Position numbers and translations under genes: made by a program. DNA of 64,000 bases from Epithemia pelagica (Eukaryota > Protista > Bacillariophyta): assembly GCA_946965045.2 (NCBI GenBank), contig OX337228.1:1922001-1986000 (forward strand). The letters are read 5' to 3'. Each line of letters starts with the position of its first letter. Position 1 is the stretch's first letter. Of the stretch, positions 34,883 to 46,600 are shown piece by piece. The notes beneath the pieces are model-generated. The model worked only from the letters and a program-made list of their open reading frames with translations, did not search any database and was not told the DNA's origin.

Positions 34883-35648
34883 TAGTAGAATTCCGTCAGT
34901 ACAGGCTCTAGAATAGCCACAATCGATTACCAACTGATACCAAGGTTCTCCACGGGTCAGAGAACAAAGGAAACCCAAGGGTTCTATCGTAGGGATAGTC
35001 AGGACACTGAAGACGTGATGATATGGTAATGTTAATGATTGTGAGCTTACTACTAGGTTTGGTGTGTGAGATTTCCATTCTTGTTGTCGATCGTGTGAAA
35101 TAGGTTCTTGGCGGTGATAGGTCTGGAATGGTTGGAGTTGATGTATGTGAGGTATATAACATGTATATGTGCTTGTATATCATATACAGCCTCAACGATT
35201 CTTGGCTAAAGTTGGTATATGTAGTTTTGTTGGCGCGTCCTTGTTTGCAATCTTGAAATAGTGGGAACGATGATATGGTCTCGCGTGATCGTGATTCGTG
35301 CCTTGTGTACTTAGACCGTTGGGTCGGATACATGATCGCCACGCTCGGATAGTTCTTGCGCGCATCTTGACGAATTTGGGTGCGCACGCTTAGGGCATAG
35401 GTCAGGCTCGGATGTTCAACGGATGATCATCCGTTGATGGGATATCAAGACCAAAGTTGATTCTTGATAGCACGTTCGTCAATCTGTTCTCACTTTTTGG
35501 TATATGCGACCGAAATATAGGTTGAGCTAGCGCGAAGCTAGGTATGTAGTGTGGATGTAGGTGATGTAGGTGATGTTTGAAGCCACGGGACTCGACTAAC
35601 CGATGAGGTGCCGAACCTAACCGATGATTTTCGGTGAGAGTTCTACTA
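34883..35648 (-). repeat. 5' LTR of family-1 copy B
   Basis: 766 bp, TAGTAGAA...TTCTACTA termini. Confidence 0.97.
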
Positions 35649-37042
35649 ACGACGACACGGCGGAATTGTCCTTTCCACTCGTACGTGTGACAGAGAGTGT
35701 CACCACCACCACAATCACCACCACCACCACCACCACAAGCACGGCTGTCCCAAGGACCAACGCCGTGGCCACGATTGGGACCTGTGCACGTGAAGGACGG
35801 ATGCGGCGGCTCCTCACCCGATGCCGGTGCTTCTGGATCGGGACGACCAACTACAGTATTCGTGCCAGTGGCCGGGAGCGACGAGGAGGATTCCAAGGTT
35901 CGAGCTTCCACCAACAATAACAAATGAGAATCGTCGGGAACGACTGGCTGTGGTGGACGACGACGACGACGACGTGACACAGACTCGGACGGATGCTCCA
36001 CCTCTTGGTCAACCACCAAGGTTGCCGAGACTAGAAGTTCCTCGTCATTTAGGTCCTCTTGAAATGCAAATTCTCCGGCCGTAGTCGTAGTACTAGTGAT
36101 GGGAGGTGTAGGATTCGTTGGAGCATCGGGCCACGAACCGTCGTGTTCCGTCGTCTGTGGATGCGAATGAACCGGACCCCCCTCCGGATTGGCATCGTTG
36201 GATCGCTTGTCGCCAACCCCAGAATCGGTAGGTGCTGTGCCTGCCCCCTCCAACCATTGTGACACTGAGGATGAGGATGCCGACGACCTGGTGCGAAACA
36301 GCGTGGGAGAAATGGGGTGGCGTCGTTCTCCCTGTCGTCCGGTCCGAAGGGAATAATAAACGGCCCTCGGGCGTACGGTGCTAGTCGTATTGGGACTTGG
36401 AGATATGCTTGCTGCTGTGGTTCGGTTGGTACCAGAAGAGGGACGAACCGAGTCCTGGTGGGTCGCCACAGGACTACCAGCAGCAGCGGCAGCAGCAGCA
36501 GTATTATTCTTATTGGAACATGTCTTTGTCTCTGGTTCCGAGTGTCCTCGTGGATGGTGGAAGGATCTACAAATTGCATCGTGGACGACGACGGACGGTG
36601 GTATTCTTATTGGTGGCGAGGATGGTGGTGGTTCCTGTTCGGCTGTCTGAGGAGTTGTGACAATATTCTTCTTCTGCTTTTTTGAATGGAGAGAAGGACC
36701 GGTCAAACCAGAATCCAGGCCTCCTTGGGAGTGCTGCTGCGGATGCTGATGCTGCTGGGATTGAGAGTTTGCATGATCGTCGGTGGTTGGCACAAGCCTG
36801 TCAGTTTGGTGGTTGTAATCTTTTTCTTCTTCCTCTTCTTCCTCGTCCTCGTTCTTGTAGCGATGAAACTTGTCGTCGTCGTCGTCAATGGGAGGATTCC
36901 TCATGAACCGTCCAGCAACCAATTGCTCGAGAGGAGGTGAGATGAGAGGTATAGAATAATAATACTGTCTCTCTCGATCTCTTTGGTTCGTTCCTTGTTT
37001 TGGTTTGGCTTTTGTTGCTCTGCCGTCACTATATTTTCCCAT
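35649..37042 (-). pseudogene. LRR membrane protein, 5' part (low-complexity cytosolic N-terminus and TM helix), frameshift near 35840
   Basis: ATG at 37042. The basic stretch plus TM helix VPIVATALVLGTAVLVVVVVVVIVVVVTL is in a different frame from ORF 35402-37042 but in frame with the part beyond the insertion. Confidence 0.8.
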
Positions 37043-37359
37043 TGTTGGGTGCCCTTTTTGGGTGGCGCTACACTCGAGCGCATCAAAAGATGAATTTATG
37101 GGAAAACAATAATAATATCAAGCTTGTCGTCTCCTCTTTTCAGTCACACTTGCTGGATAGTGGTGGTACTTCCAGGGAGATGGGGTAATCCTGAGCAGGT
37201 CGCTACCTTACCAGTCAGATACTGACTGTGACCTATAGGAGTTACGAACGCTTTTTCTGAATAAAGAACACTTTAGCGACAAAAGATGATATACTGACTG
37301 CTAGTACTATTTAAACCCACCACCACCCGGTTCATAACCGCTACATATTTGTACTGCTA

Positions 37360-38203
37360 GTGTCTATTCTACCCCTGTACTCATATGAGGACAAAATCCT
37401 CATATGAGTACACTTTCAAAAGAAGAATATCAAATCAATCATGTACTCCTACGTGGTTTTAAAGTTCAGATTCGTAATCTCCATACTTGAAAACATACCC
37501 CATGATATTCTCATGCTTTAATTGTGATGAGTAGTGACGATACAGTATCAAAAACAGAATTCATCCATGTTGGAGCGATGGTGATTTTCTAAACTGAGTG
37601 TTTGGAGGGGATAAAACAGAAGACAATCAACCTGATGAGTGTTATTATCCCTAGTGATGATGACCAGTTGTCCTTTGCCTGATTGAGGCATCAGATTGAG
37701 AGAATTCAGCCAAAACAAGCCTCCATCACCACAGAGGAAAATTCTGAGACCGTAACAGCATTCGACACCAATACAGGGTCAAATGCGGCGTCTGAGCCTC
37801 CTGCACCCCAACAGTTCATGTACAGGAAGCACAGACACCTTCAGGGAACCAGGAAAGTGCAGTGGGAGACTCAAATCTGCCAATGTATGTGAAGACAGTT
37901 GAACTCCCTTGACAAAATGGTTGGATTTGCCCTACATAAACTGGATGGATGCATTTTCCAACGCACGTAGTGTCTTGCCACATAAACATAGAACATAATG
38001 GTTGATTGTGGTCTATTACTTTTCTATTTTAGTTGTTCATTTTTTTGGTAGAACGGCAGATTCCCATGGTTGGGTTACATTTTTTGTCGATAGCTTCGTA
38101 CAAAAGCTACCGTGGTCTACGTAGAAATGATTTTAGTAGGGTTGTCCTCATATGAGGACAAGCGCTGTCCTCATATGAGGACAAACCGGGGTAGAATAGA
38201 CAC
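37360..38203. mobile_element. Probable nested non-autonomous TIR element (MITE-like, 844 bp) flanked by TA
   Basis: Perfect 16-bp inverted ends GTGTCTATTCTACCCC (37360-37375 and 38188-38203), TA at 37358 and 38204, and paired subterminal CTCATATGAG palindromes at both ends. Confidence 0.65.
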
Positions 38204-39141
38204 TAGTCATCTTCCACTTCGATCTGAAACACTTTCGCCTCACCATTTTCAATCTTCATCTGAACCAGATTCACCACTGCTCCAAACACCTTGTGATGCC
38301 CATCCAGATCTCCTCTGTATTTCTCCTTTAAGATATTGTAATGTTTCAGTAAATTGTTGACAGTTTCATGTCTTGCCCGGGCATCTGCCATCATCTTGTC
38401 TTGATAGTCATTTCTTCCAGTAGGTGTGACAAAGTAGCATCCAGAATCGTTGTAACCACCATCAGCAATCACTTTCTCATTCGGTAGTAGCTCTTGAACA
38501 AGCCAGTCTCTGGCAATCCGTAGGTCTGGCCAAGCGCCACAAGGGAATGCACCATTCCACCACACTATCCAGCCAGTTTTCAGGCAGATTCCCACCTCAT
38601 ACCTCACACCTGCTCCCTTAAACTTGTGCGAGTACCATTTTGGATCAAAAGGTGACGGCTCCAAAATCCTGAAGTCAGTACCATCCAAACTAATGAAACA
38701 GACCTGTCCAGGTACACAACAATCAAACCTATTGTCCCATACAATCTGTTATAAGAACAACAGCAATGGTCAGATATGAGGAGGACGAATTCATGGCAAA
38801 TTCATGTAGGGCCATGTACTTACATAATGAAGACCACTATACAACAAATCTACAAACACTTTGACCCACTTCCTGAAGGTCCTCCTCGTTGTTTTGGCTA
38901 TTGAGACCATAACATCCTCTGTAGCATAGACTTTCAGAAAAGCCAGTGTCCACAACAAATGACGAGGCGATGCACCTTTGGGCAATGAACTGTCCAGTTC
39001 ATCCCACACATGAACATAGAGCAAAGGAGACATTCCAAAGTAAGAGCAAAAAGCACGTGAGAAATCAAGTGAATGTGAGTGTCTTGCTCTACCAAGCATT
39101 GGCAGAGCCAAGTTAATGAATGTTCGTTGTGTCACCAACAT
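38203..39141 (-). CDS. Harbinger-type DDE transposase/nuclease (DDE_Tnp_4-like); intron 38746-38823
   Basis: LLWTLAFLKVY, then the spliced LHY|IVWDNRF, then LDGTDF, KWYSHKF, WPDL, ADGGY and RARHETVN. Confidence 0.88.
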
Positions 39142-39481
39142 GGTGGGAGAAAATCGCTTTGGAAAATTTATGTTTGCTCAGTTTGTGTCGCGATGCTGAC
39201 CACACCTTCACTCTGATCTCGGTCTGTCTCTGTGTAGTACTGTCAGTTCATTGGAACAGGTTTTTTGAAATTTCATCACGTTCATTTGATTGGCTGGTCA
39301 GTTGAGCAGTGAGACTAAACTTTGTACTGTTCTACATATAGTGACTCATTCGAATTCGTGTCCGGTCATTGGAACCGGCCTGGAACGGTGCAGAAATCGA
39401 TTCAAAAATCGTTTTCATTCAAAAACTGGAATTTCTGAAGGGCCCTACCTCGCCAACATCCTATTCCTTTCTACATCTTAA

Positions 39482-39704
39482 GCGACCCACATATTGCCCT
39501 TATCTTGGGTAAACTGTGGGTCGCTTGATTATATCATTTGAACCACCAGAAAGTGTCCTGGGTCGGTTTTGAAAAAACGACCTGGCTCGAAAAAAACGAC
39601 CCAGCTCGTTTTTTTAAAACCGACCCAGGACACCTTATAAGTGCCCAATTCATTTGGACGAACGACCCACGGTTGACCCAAGGCAAGGGCAATACGTGGG
39701 TCGC
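39482..39704. repeat. Concentric inverted repeats centred at 39593 between the two Harbinger ORFs
   Basis: Inner arms 39553-39585 and 39601-39633 (31/33); outer arms 39482-39525 and 39661-39704 (38/44); recurring CGACCCA core. Confidence 0.85.
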
Positions 39705-39897
39705 ACTACTTTCAGAATTGGAGCCAAATTGGGCATGGCCTCCTCGATTGAAAAATGGAGTCCATGATGAAAACCGACCCAGTTTGGATTTTGGTGAACT
39801 GTTTTTAGGGTCATAATTAGTTTTCGTGCGAACAGACCAGTTTGTTTTTGCACTCCCTCGCGCTACAGTTTTCGGTACTAATAGTACCTATACTCCG

Positions 39898-40968
39898 ATG
39901 ACCAGGTCTGGCCGCAACACTTTGGGCGAGGGTGCCCTGCTTTCGTGGGATTCAAAGTCGAAAGATGCCGAATTCCTTGACAAAATCGTGTCAGAAGGCT
40001 TGATCCTGGAGAGCGCCACACCCAAATCTGTGTGGTTGGAACATGCTGTTTTCCAAAAGTACAAATTGGAATCATTCAGGTCGGCCCTCAACAAAGCAAA
40101 AAAAATATCAAGTCCACTTGAAGGATCAACATGAGAGAGAGACTGGTCATGAATTGTTGGGTGGTGGTGAGACGGCCCCATCTATGGGTGGAAAGGTAAG
40201 GAACCCCAATGATGGAGATCTCAAACCAGCTCCTTCTTTGTTTGGGTCGTCCAAAGGACAAGGTAAGTGCCAGTGTACACTGTTTGTTTGATTGTTGAGT
40301 CACTGTCCTTACCTGTGGTGGTTTATTGTCTTTTATGACCAGGTGTTGCTGCCAAGGTCGCTCCTGAGTCTGTTGTCAGTGATGATGCTATGGTGAAGAA
40401 AAGGGCGGCAGGATCCATGCCATTACAGGAGACACTACAGGTACAACTACAACAAAAGAGAAAAAAGACAAATGAAGAAGACAGTGGTAATGACATGATG
40501 AGGAATTGGGAGCCTCCTCATGTCTTGACACAGTGGGTTGACGACAAGAAACAGCGTCATTTGGTGATTTTGGTGGTGTTGCCTACAGGTATTGCACATG
40601 AAGACACAACAAATTGCTTGATTGAAGTGGATCCAAGCCAGCTACAGGTACATGTGAAGGTAATTTGGCCTGACAACGCAACTCATATCCAGTATCTAAC
40701 CCAACACATGCACAGAGAGTGGCATGTCGAGGGGAAAAACCTACGAATGAAACTTGCTTTGGAAGACGCCATGAATCAGATGCGAAAAAGAGAAACAGAC
40801 TTTGTCAGGTCAAAGTTTTCTCTGACTCTTCCTTTCATGGTCCACAGCAGGTTCGACTACGAATTTATGTACGACACAACAAACGGATTCAGAGCGTTGT
40901 TGATTTCCCTACATGAGCCGGACGCCAAGTTTGAAGGCGGCACGAAACACAAGATGGTGCGTCTGTAA
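39898..40968 (+). CDS. Second (accessory) Harbinger ORF; probable 1-nt frameshift in the A8 run at 40098-40105; intron 40263-40342
   Basis: ORF pieces 39826-40134, 40043-40291 and 40390-40968 join with one indel and a GTAAGT...CAG intron; divergent from the transposase inside the TIRs. Confidence 0.65.
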
Positions 40969-41289
40969 ATAAATGTAGTATGATTTGGGGCGGTTGCAAA
41001 AACCGGGTGGTGGTGGGCCTAAATCTTTCTATTAGTTCCCTATTTGTCCATGTTCATAGTTTATGCTATAGTACATCGATTAAGCGTTCTGGTCGTGGTC
41101 CGCTTTGTAGTCAGACTTTGCCTGGCATGACAGCGAGCTGCTCAGGATTACCCCAGCTCCCAGGGAGAAGAAGAACCCTCCTCCCCCCGGGGGCACCATT
41201 GATTGGGGGGAGCCGGTTTGGTGCCACAAAAAGACCCACTTTTTTTTTTGTCCGAAGGTGTGACATGTGGATGACGACGATGATGTGAT

Positions 41290-43167
41290 ATGGATGCCCA
41301 ACATGACAACAACAACACCAACAAGGTGGAATTCATACTCCTCACCAATTCTGTTCCAACGATAACGACGACAACGACGAATCTGGTTGGCCGACCACCA
41401 TGGAGACAACAACAACAAGAACAACGACGACGAGAACATGCCTTGAATACTCGTACTACTTCGAGAGTGCTGCGAGTCTCCTCCATTCGTACCACCACCA
41501 CCACCGTTTTGGTTGTTTTGGTCCATTGGTTCATGTTCTTTGGTTTCATTCCTCCTTCCTACGCTTGGGCCTCCGTTTCCAAACCAGTCGCCATTCCCAA
41601 TACCAATGGTGGCATTACATCCTTGCTGACCTGGAATAACGAGCATGAAGATGATCATTACGGGAGAAGTGTGGTGGTGGTAGTGGCGGGGACCAAACAG
41701 GGTCAAGTGCTCTTGGTGGATCCCGTTCATCCTCAGGATCATGGTGCTGTACAACCATTGGAGCAACCAGCATTGTTCCAAAAACGTCGTCCCCTCTATT
41801 CCTTGGCGTGTGGACGGAACTTGTTGTGTTGTGGAGGTGGAGATGGTTGGATTACCATGTACCAACCACAATCATCACAACAGCAATTATTACCACAACC
41901 AGAGGACGACGACGACGATTCCAACCATCGACAGCCCTTGTTGTCGTCGTCGTGGAACTATGTGGCACGACTGGGTCCTCATACCGGATGGGTCAAATCC
42001 ATTGCCATGGAAAATGATTCATCCTTCTCCTCCAAGGATGATGATGATGATAATTTTGACTCTTGCTGGAGGATTCATTCCATTGGGTGCAACATTATCA
42101 ATACATGGTCCATCCACCATCCTCCTGCCACCACAATCGGGACGACGACAAGACCAAGATCAACCGAGACTCTCCCGACAACGACTGCTCGACTCGTGGC
42201 CCAACGATCCATTTCGAGTAGCCCCGAGTCTGGAACGACACTGTCCAATGATTTGCTGTGCCTCGTGACAGTTCCATTCGACTCCATGGACGGCAGGAAC
42301 ACTACTTTTACTACGACGGACAACCACCACAGTCGGAGTCCACGATCCTTGCTCGCCGCGGGAGGGGTCGATGGTCGAATCCATCTATGGCCGTCCTATC
42401 AATCATCTTCTTCTTCTTCTGGGTTGGTTCGTCCAAACAACAAGATCAAAACGAAGCAGGACCATACCCTTCCATTGGACGTGATTGTCGCTCACCAGGG
42501 ACGCGTCACTGCCTTGGTCTATTGCACCGACTTGCAACTCTTGGTGTCAACCGGCCACGATGGTTGTCTCCGAGCCTTTTCCATTGCAACAACAACATCT
42601 CGCGACAAGAATGACCACGAGTCTGCTCGACTTGAATTGCAACCCACGGCGGTCCTTGGCATCTCTGAGGAAACCACCACTGCCACCCCCAACTGTCGTG
42701 GACCACCAATCCCAGAAAACCCATTACCAGAGACACGCCTCACGTGTGCCATGTTACTGCCACAGGATCTAGAGGAGGAGGAGAAGGATGCAGATTCGAG
42801 TAGCACCTACAAGGACAAGCACAAGAACAACCCTAAATGGATTCGCCGTCGTCGTCTGGCTGTAGGAACATCCCGAGGCACAGTCTTTGTGGTGGAAATC
42901 GGCAAACCATGTTGTCCCCAGGACGATGTTACATTGACCCTGCTGGAGGAATTGACCATCTCCGTGGTCCAAACGGATCCTGATGCTGATACGAATACGA
43001 GTCGTGGGAGTGGGAGCCACCACATTTATTGTTTGGCCTGTACCACCACAATCCCCGAGGAACAGGGAACTGGTTCACTGAATGCAACTCCAACAACTAC
43101 TCTTCCTCGCCGTCACCGTCTATGGATTGGTCATGCCCAGCGCCTGTTTTATGTGGACCTCGTCTAA
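41290..43167 (+). CDS. WD40-repeat protein
   Basis: LGPHTGWVKSIA, LAAGGVDGRIHLW and AHQGRVTALVY...LVSTGHDGCLRAF repeats separated by low-complexity inserts. Confidence 0.8.
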   Translation: MDAQHDNNNTNKVEFILLTNSVPTITTTTTNLVGRPPWRQQQQEQRRREHALNTRTTSRVLRVSSIRTTTTTVLVVLVHWFMFFGFIPPSYAWASVSKPVAIPNTNGGITSLLTWNNEHEDDHYGRSVVVVVAGTKQGQVLLVDPVHPQDHGAVQPLEQPALFQKRRPLYSLACGRNLLCCGGGDGWITMYQPQSSQQQLLPQPEDDDDDSNHRQPLLSSSWNYVARLGPHTGWVKSIAMENDSSFSSKDDDDDNFDSCWRIHSIGCNIINTWSIHHPPATTIGTTTRPRSTETLPTTTARLVAQRSISSSPESGTTLSNDLLCLVTVPFDSMDGRNTTFTTTDNHHSRSPRSLLAAGGVDGRIHLWPSYQSSSSSSGLVRPNNKIKTKQDHTLPLDVIVAHQGRVTALVYCTDLQLLVSTGHDGCLRAFSIATTTSRDKNDHESARLELQPTAVLGISEETTTATPNCRGPPIPENPLPETRLTCAMLLPQDLEEEEKDADSSSTYKDKHKNNPKWIRRRRLAVGTSRGTVFVVEIGKPCCPQDDVTLTLLEELTISVVQTDPDADTNTSRGSGSHHIYCLACTTTIPEEQGTGSLNATPTTTLPRRHRLWIGHAQRLFYVDLV

Positions 43168-43615
43168 GTCTCTTTGTCTTGTCCCCCCTATATGGACGAT
43201 TTTCAATGGGTGGCTCAACAATCCATTGCCTACTTAAGACTCGCCGTCCACTCCTCGACCACCACCACCGCCTTCCTCGTCATCTTCCACGGCATCCTCT
43301 TGGTCATCTCAAACAAATGGTTAGGCCAAACCAAGGTAAGAATTATGGAACAATGGATTCCCGTCATGTCTTCCCCGCAAGGCACTCGATGGATGGCGGA
43401 TCGATAGCCCTTTCGCAAAGCCCAGTCCCACACGGTCCCTCTTGATGTTCCCATGCCTTTGAGAGATTAGTAGTGCTACTCTCTATGGACCAATGGAACT
43501 CGATGCACTAATAGTTGAGCTACAATCAATCATATGACTCTAATTCGATGGTGTGATTTTTGTCGTTTTAACTCCATTGATATAGATCTGCTTTGTCAAC
43601 CTCGGCGGCTTCTGA

Positions 43616-46600
43616 CTAATCCTTACTCCATCCGACCGTAGGAATACTGTAAAACTCCCCAATATGGGACGGCTTGAACCGACCATCGCCCATACCACGT
43701 TCCAAGCAATCCGCCAAAAGAACGGCACATTTCACGTTTGTCACCAACGACACACCGAAATCTACCACGGCACGTCGAAGAATATAGCCCGAAGTCACCT
43801 CGTCCTTTCGTGTAGTCCCTTCGCTCACATTAATCACAAGATCTATCTTGCCTGACTTGATGACACTAAGAGCAGTTCCTGGTCCGTCGTCCGACTCATC
43901 GCTCGGCTTTGAAACAACTTCCATGTCCACGCTGCACGATTCCTTGTAGAACTTTGCCGTACCAGGAGTGCCGTACAAACTGTAACCAAGCTTGTGCAGA
44001 ATCACCAAAGAGTCGGAAAATTCACGGCGGTACATATCGCTCGCAATGGAGAGCAATATCGTCCGGTTCTGTTTCGGTAGTTTGAAAGTTGTCGACAGCA
44101 TCGACTGCAGAAACGCCTCGTGAACATCCTCGCCGAAACAGGCGACTTCTCCAGTAGAGGCCATTTCGACTCCAAGCGTAGGATCGGCTCCCCGAAGACG
44201 AGTAAAGGAGAAGATTGGAGCCTTGACGCAAACGTAATCAATGTCAAGAAGAGAAATCTTGTAAGGCTTAGCATCCAGCCCACACATGGCTTTGGTTGCA
44301 AGGGAAATAAAGTTGTTGTTCAACGTCTTGCTGACAAACGGAAACGTTCTACTAGCCCGAAGGTTGCACTCGATAACCTGGACGCCATTGCCCTTTGCCA
44401 TGAACTGGATGTTAAAAGGTCCAGTAATTCTCAAGGCCTTGGCAATTGCGCTTGCATACCGCTTCACCTGACGAATTGTTCCCACATAAAGTTTTTGAGC
44501 CGGAAGGATAACCGTAGCGTCTCCACTGTGCACACCAGCGTTTTCTAAATGTTCGCCAATGGCGTAGTTCAGAATAACACCCTGATTGGCCACTGCATCG
44601 AACTCAATCTCTTTCGCATTCACAATGAACTTAGACACAACGACTGGTTTATCATTGCCAACTTCTGCTGCAAGATCAAGAAAATTGCGGAGTTGAGACT
44701 CATCGGCTGCAACACGCATTGCCGCACCAGAGAGGACAAAGCTTGGGCGAACCAATACAGGGAATTCAACCTTTTTGGCAAACTCGATTGCTTCATCCTT
44801 TGACTTCAAAGCGCTCCATGGAGGTTGTAATATGCCCAAAGTATCGCACATATCGGAGAATTGCTTTCGATCCTCTGCCCGCTCAATGTCTTTAGAATCT
44901 GTCCCCAGGATATGTGCACCGGACTGCGCAAGAGGGTCGGCAAGATTATTTGGTATTTGCCCACCAACCGAGACGACAATGCCAGACGGTGATTCCCGCT
45001 CGTAAATGTCCATAACGCGTTCCACACTCAATTCCTCGAAATAAAGTCGATCACTCTCGTCGTAGTCTGTGCTGACTGTTTCGGGGTTGTAATTGATGAT
45101 GATGCTCCTGAACTTCTCCCGGCGTAACTGACGAATGCACGAAACAGCACACCAATCAAATTCAACACTTGACCCGATGCAATACGCACCACATCCAAGT
45201 ACAATTACACCTCTATCTTTCACTTCTTGGAGGGTCTCATTCTGACTGGCAACAGACAAGGCCCTGGCTCTGCGCTTGAATTCTGGTGAGTCAAGCCGGG
45301 CCTTTTCAGCTTCGGACAATCGATACGCTGGGACCAAATTTGAGGCATTGGAGGCCATGGCAACATCATCTGCATCCCCAGAGTACGTAACATAGAGATA
45401 GTTGGTTTGAGCAGGGAACTCTGCAGCCAGAGTGTCAATCTGTTTGACAACAGGAATAACGCCGAGTGCCTTGCGACGTTCTCGAACCCGCGATTCCCCA
45501 TCCAGACCTGCGGGCAATCCAATGTACCGTGCAATCTGACGATCGCTGTACCCTGCCTGCTTCAATGCTCTGAGGCGCGCTCTTCCATTTTCCTTTACAA
45601 GGGCCTCCAAGCTCCCAGCCGTCAGCAAGGCAGCTCGCATCATTGCAATGTTCTTCAACTTGGCCAGGAACCAGCGATCAATCTTGGTGAGCTCATGCAC
45701 GCGATCCACAGTCCAGCCTTTCTCGAGAGCCGCCTGGACCGCGAACAGACGTGTATCAGTGGGGGTTTTGAGCTGTGCTTCTAGATCGTTCGATGAATCA
45801 ATCATATTGCTATCTTCACCACAGAGACCATCCAGGGAGGGGTTCACCATGCGGCATGCTTTCTGAATGACCTCCTCAAAAGTCCGACCAATGGACATGA
45901 CCTCTCCCACACTCAACATTGAGGAGCCCAATCTGTTACTAACACGTGAGAACTTTTTCAAATCCCATCGAGGCATTTTGACGACGCAGTAATCCAAACT
46001 GGGCTCAAAGCATGCCGTAGTCGTTTTCGTTACCGAGTTGCGAATGGACACCAAATTTTTTCCCAACGAGAGCTTGGTCGCCACATAGGCCAAGGGGTAT
46101 CCGGTTGCTTTGGACGCCAACGCAGAGGATCGAGACAATCGTGCATTGACTTCAATGATGCAGTACCTCTCACTTTCCGGGTGAAGCGCATACTGGATGT
46201 TACATTCACCAACAATCCCAAGATGTCGAACAACCTTAATTGCCGTACGCCGGAGCATAAAGTATTCGCGGTTGCTGAGAGTCTGCGACGGCGCCACCAC
46301 AATGGAATCTCCCGTATGAATGCCCAAGGGATCAAAGTTTTCCATATTACACACAGTAATGCAGTTGTCACTCGTGTCCCGTACAACCTCGTATTCCAGT
46401 TCTTTCCAACCACGGAGATCCTGGTCCAAAAGAATCTGGTCACTGGTCGCAAACGCCTTGGCCGCCATGACCTTCAATTCTTCTTCATTGGCTGCAAACC
46501 CTGATCCCAATCCACCCAGCGCATAGGCGGCCCGAATCAGAACGGGGAACCCAATCTTTTGCGCAGCCTCCAACGCTTCCTCAATCGTGGTGGCACTGTA

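Larger units (their letters stand above)
27421..35648 (-). mobile_element. Full-length Ty1/copia family 1, copy B (8,228 bp), 5-bp TSD ACGAC
   Basis: Two 766-bp LTRs with 6 differences by eye; ACGAC at 27416-27420 and 35649-35653. Confidence 0.97.
37176..41160. mobile_element. Complete PIF/Harbinger-superfamily DNA transposon (3,985 bp), 29-bp TIRs (27/29 match), 3-bp TSD CAG
   Basis: Left TIR GGAGATGGGGTAATCCTGAGCAGGTCGCT at 37176-37204; right TIR at 41132-41160; CAG at 37173-37175 and 41161-41163; two divergent ORFs. Confidence 0.9.

Noticed and set aside
33928-39704. Short repeat clusters considered as possible CRISPR arrays
   Set aside because: No regular repeat-spacer periodicity, no cas genes, and eukaryotic context.
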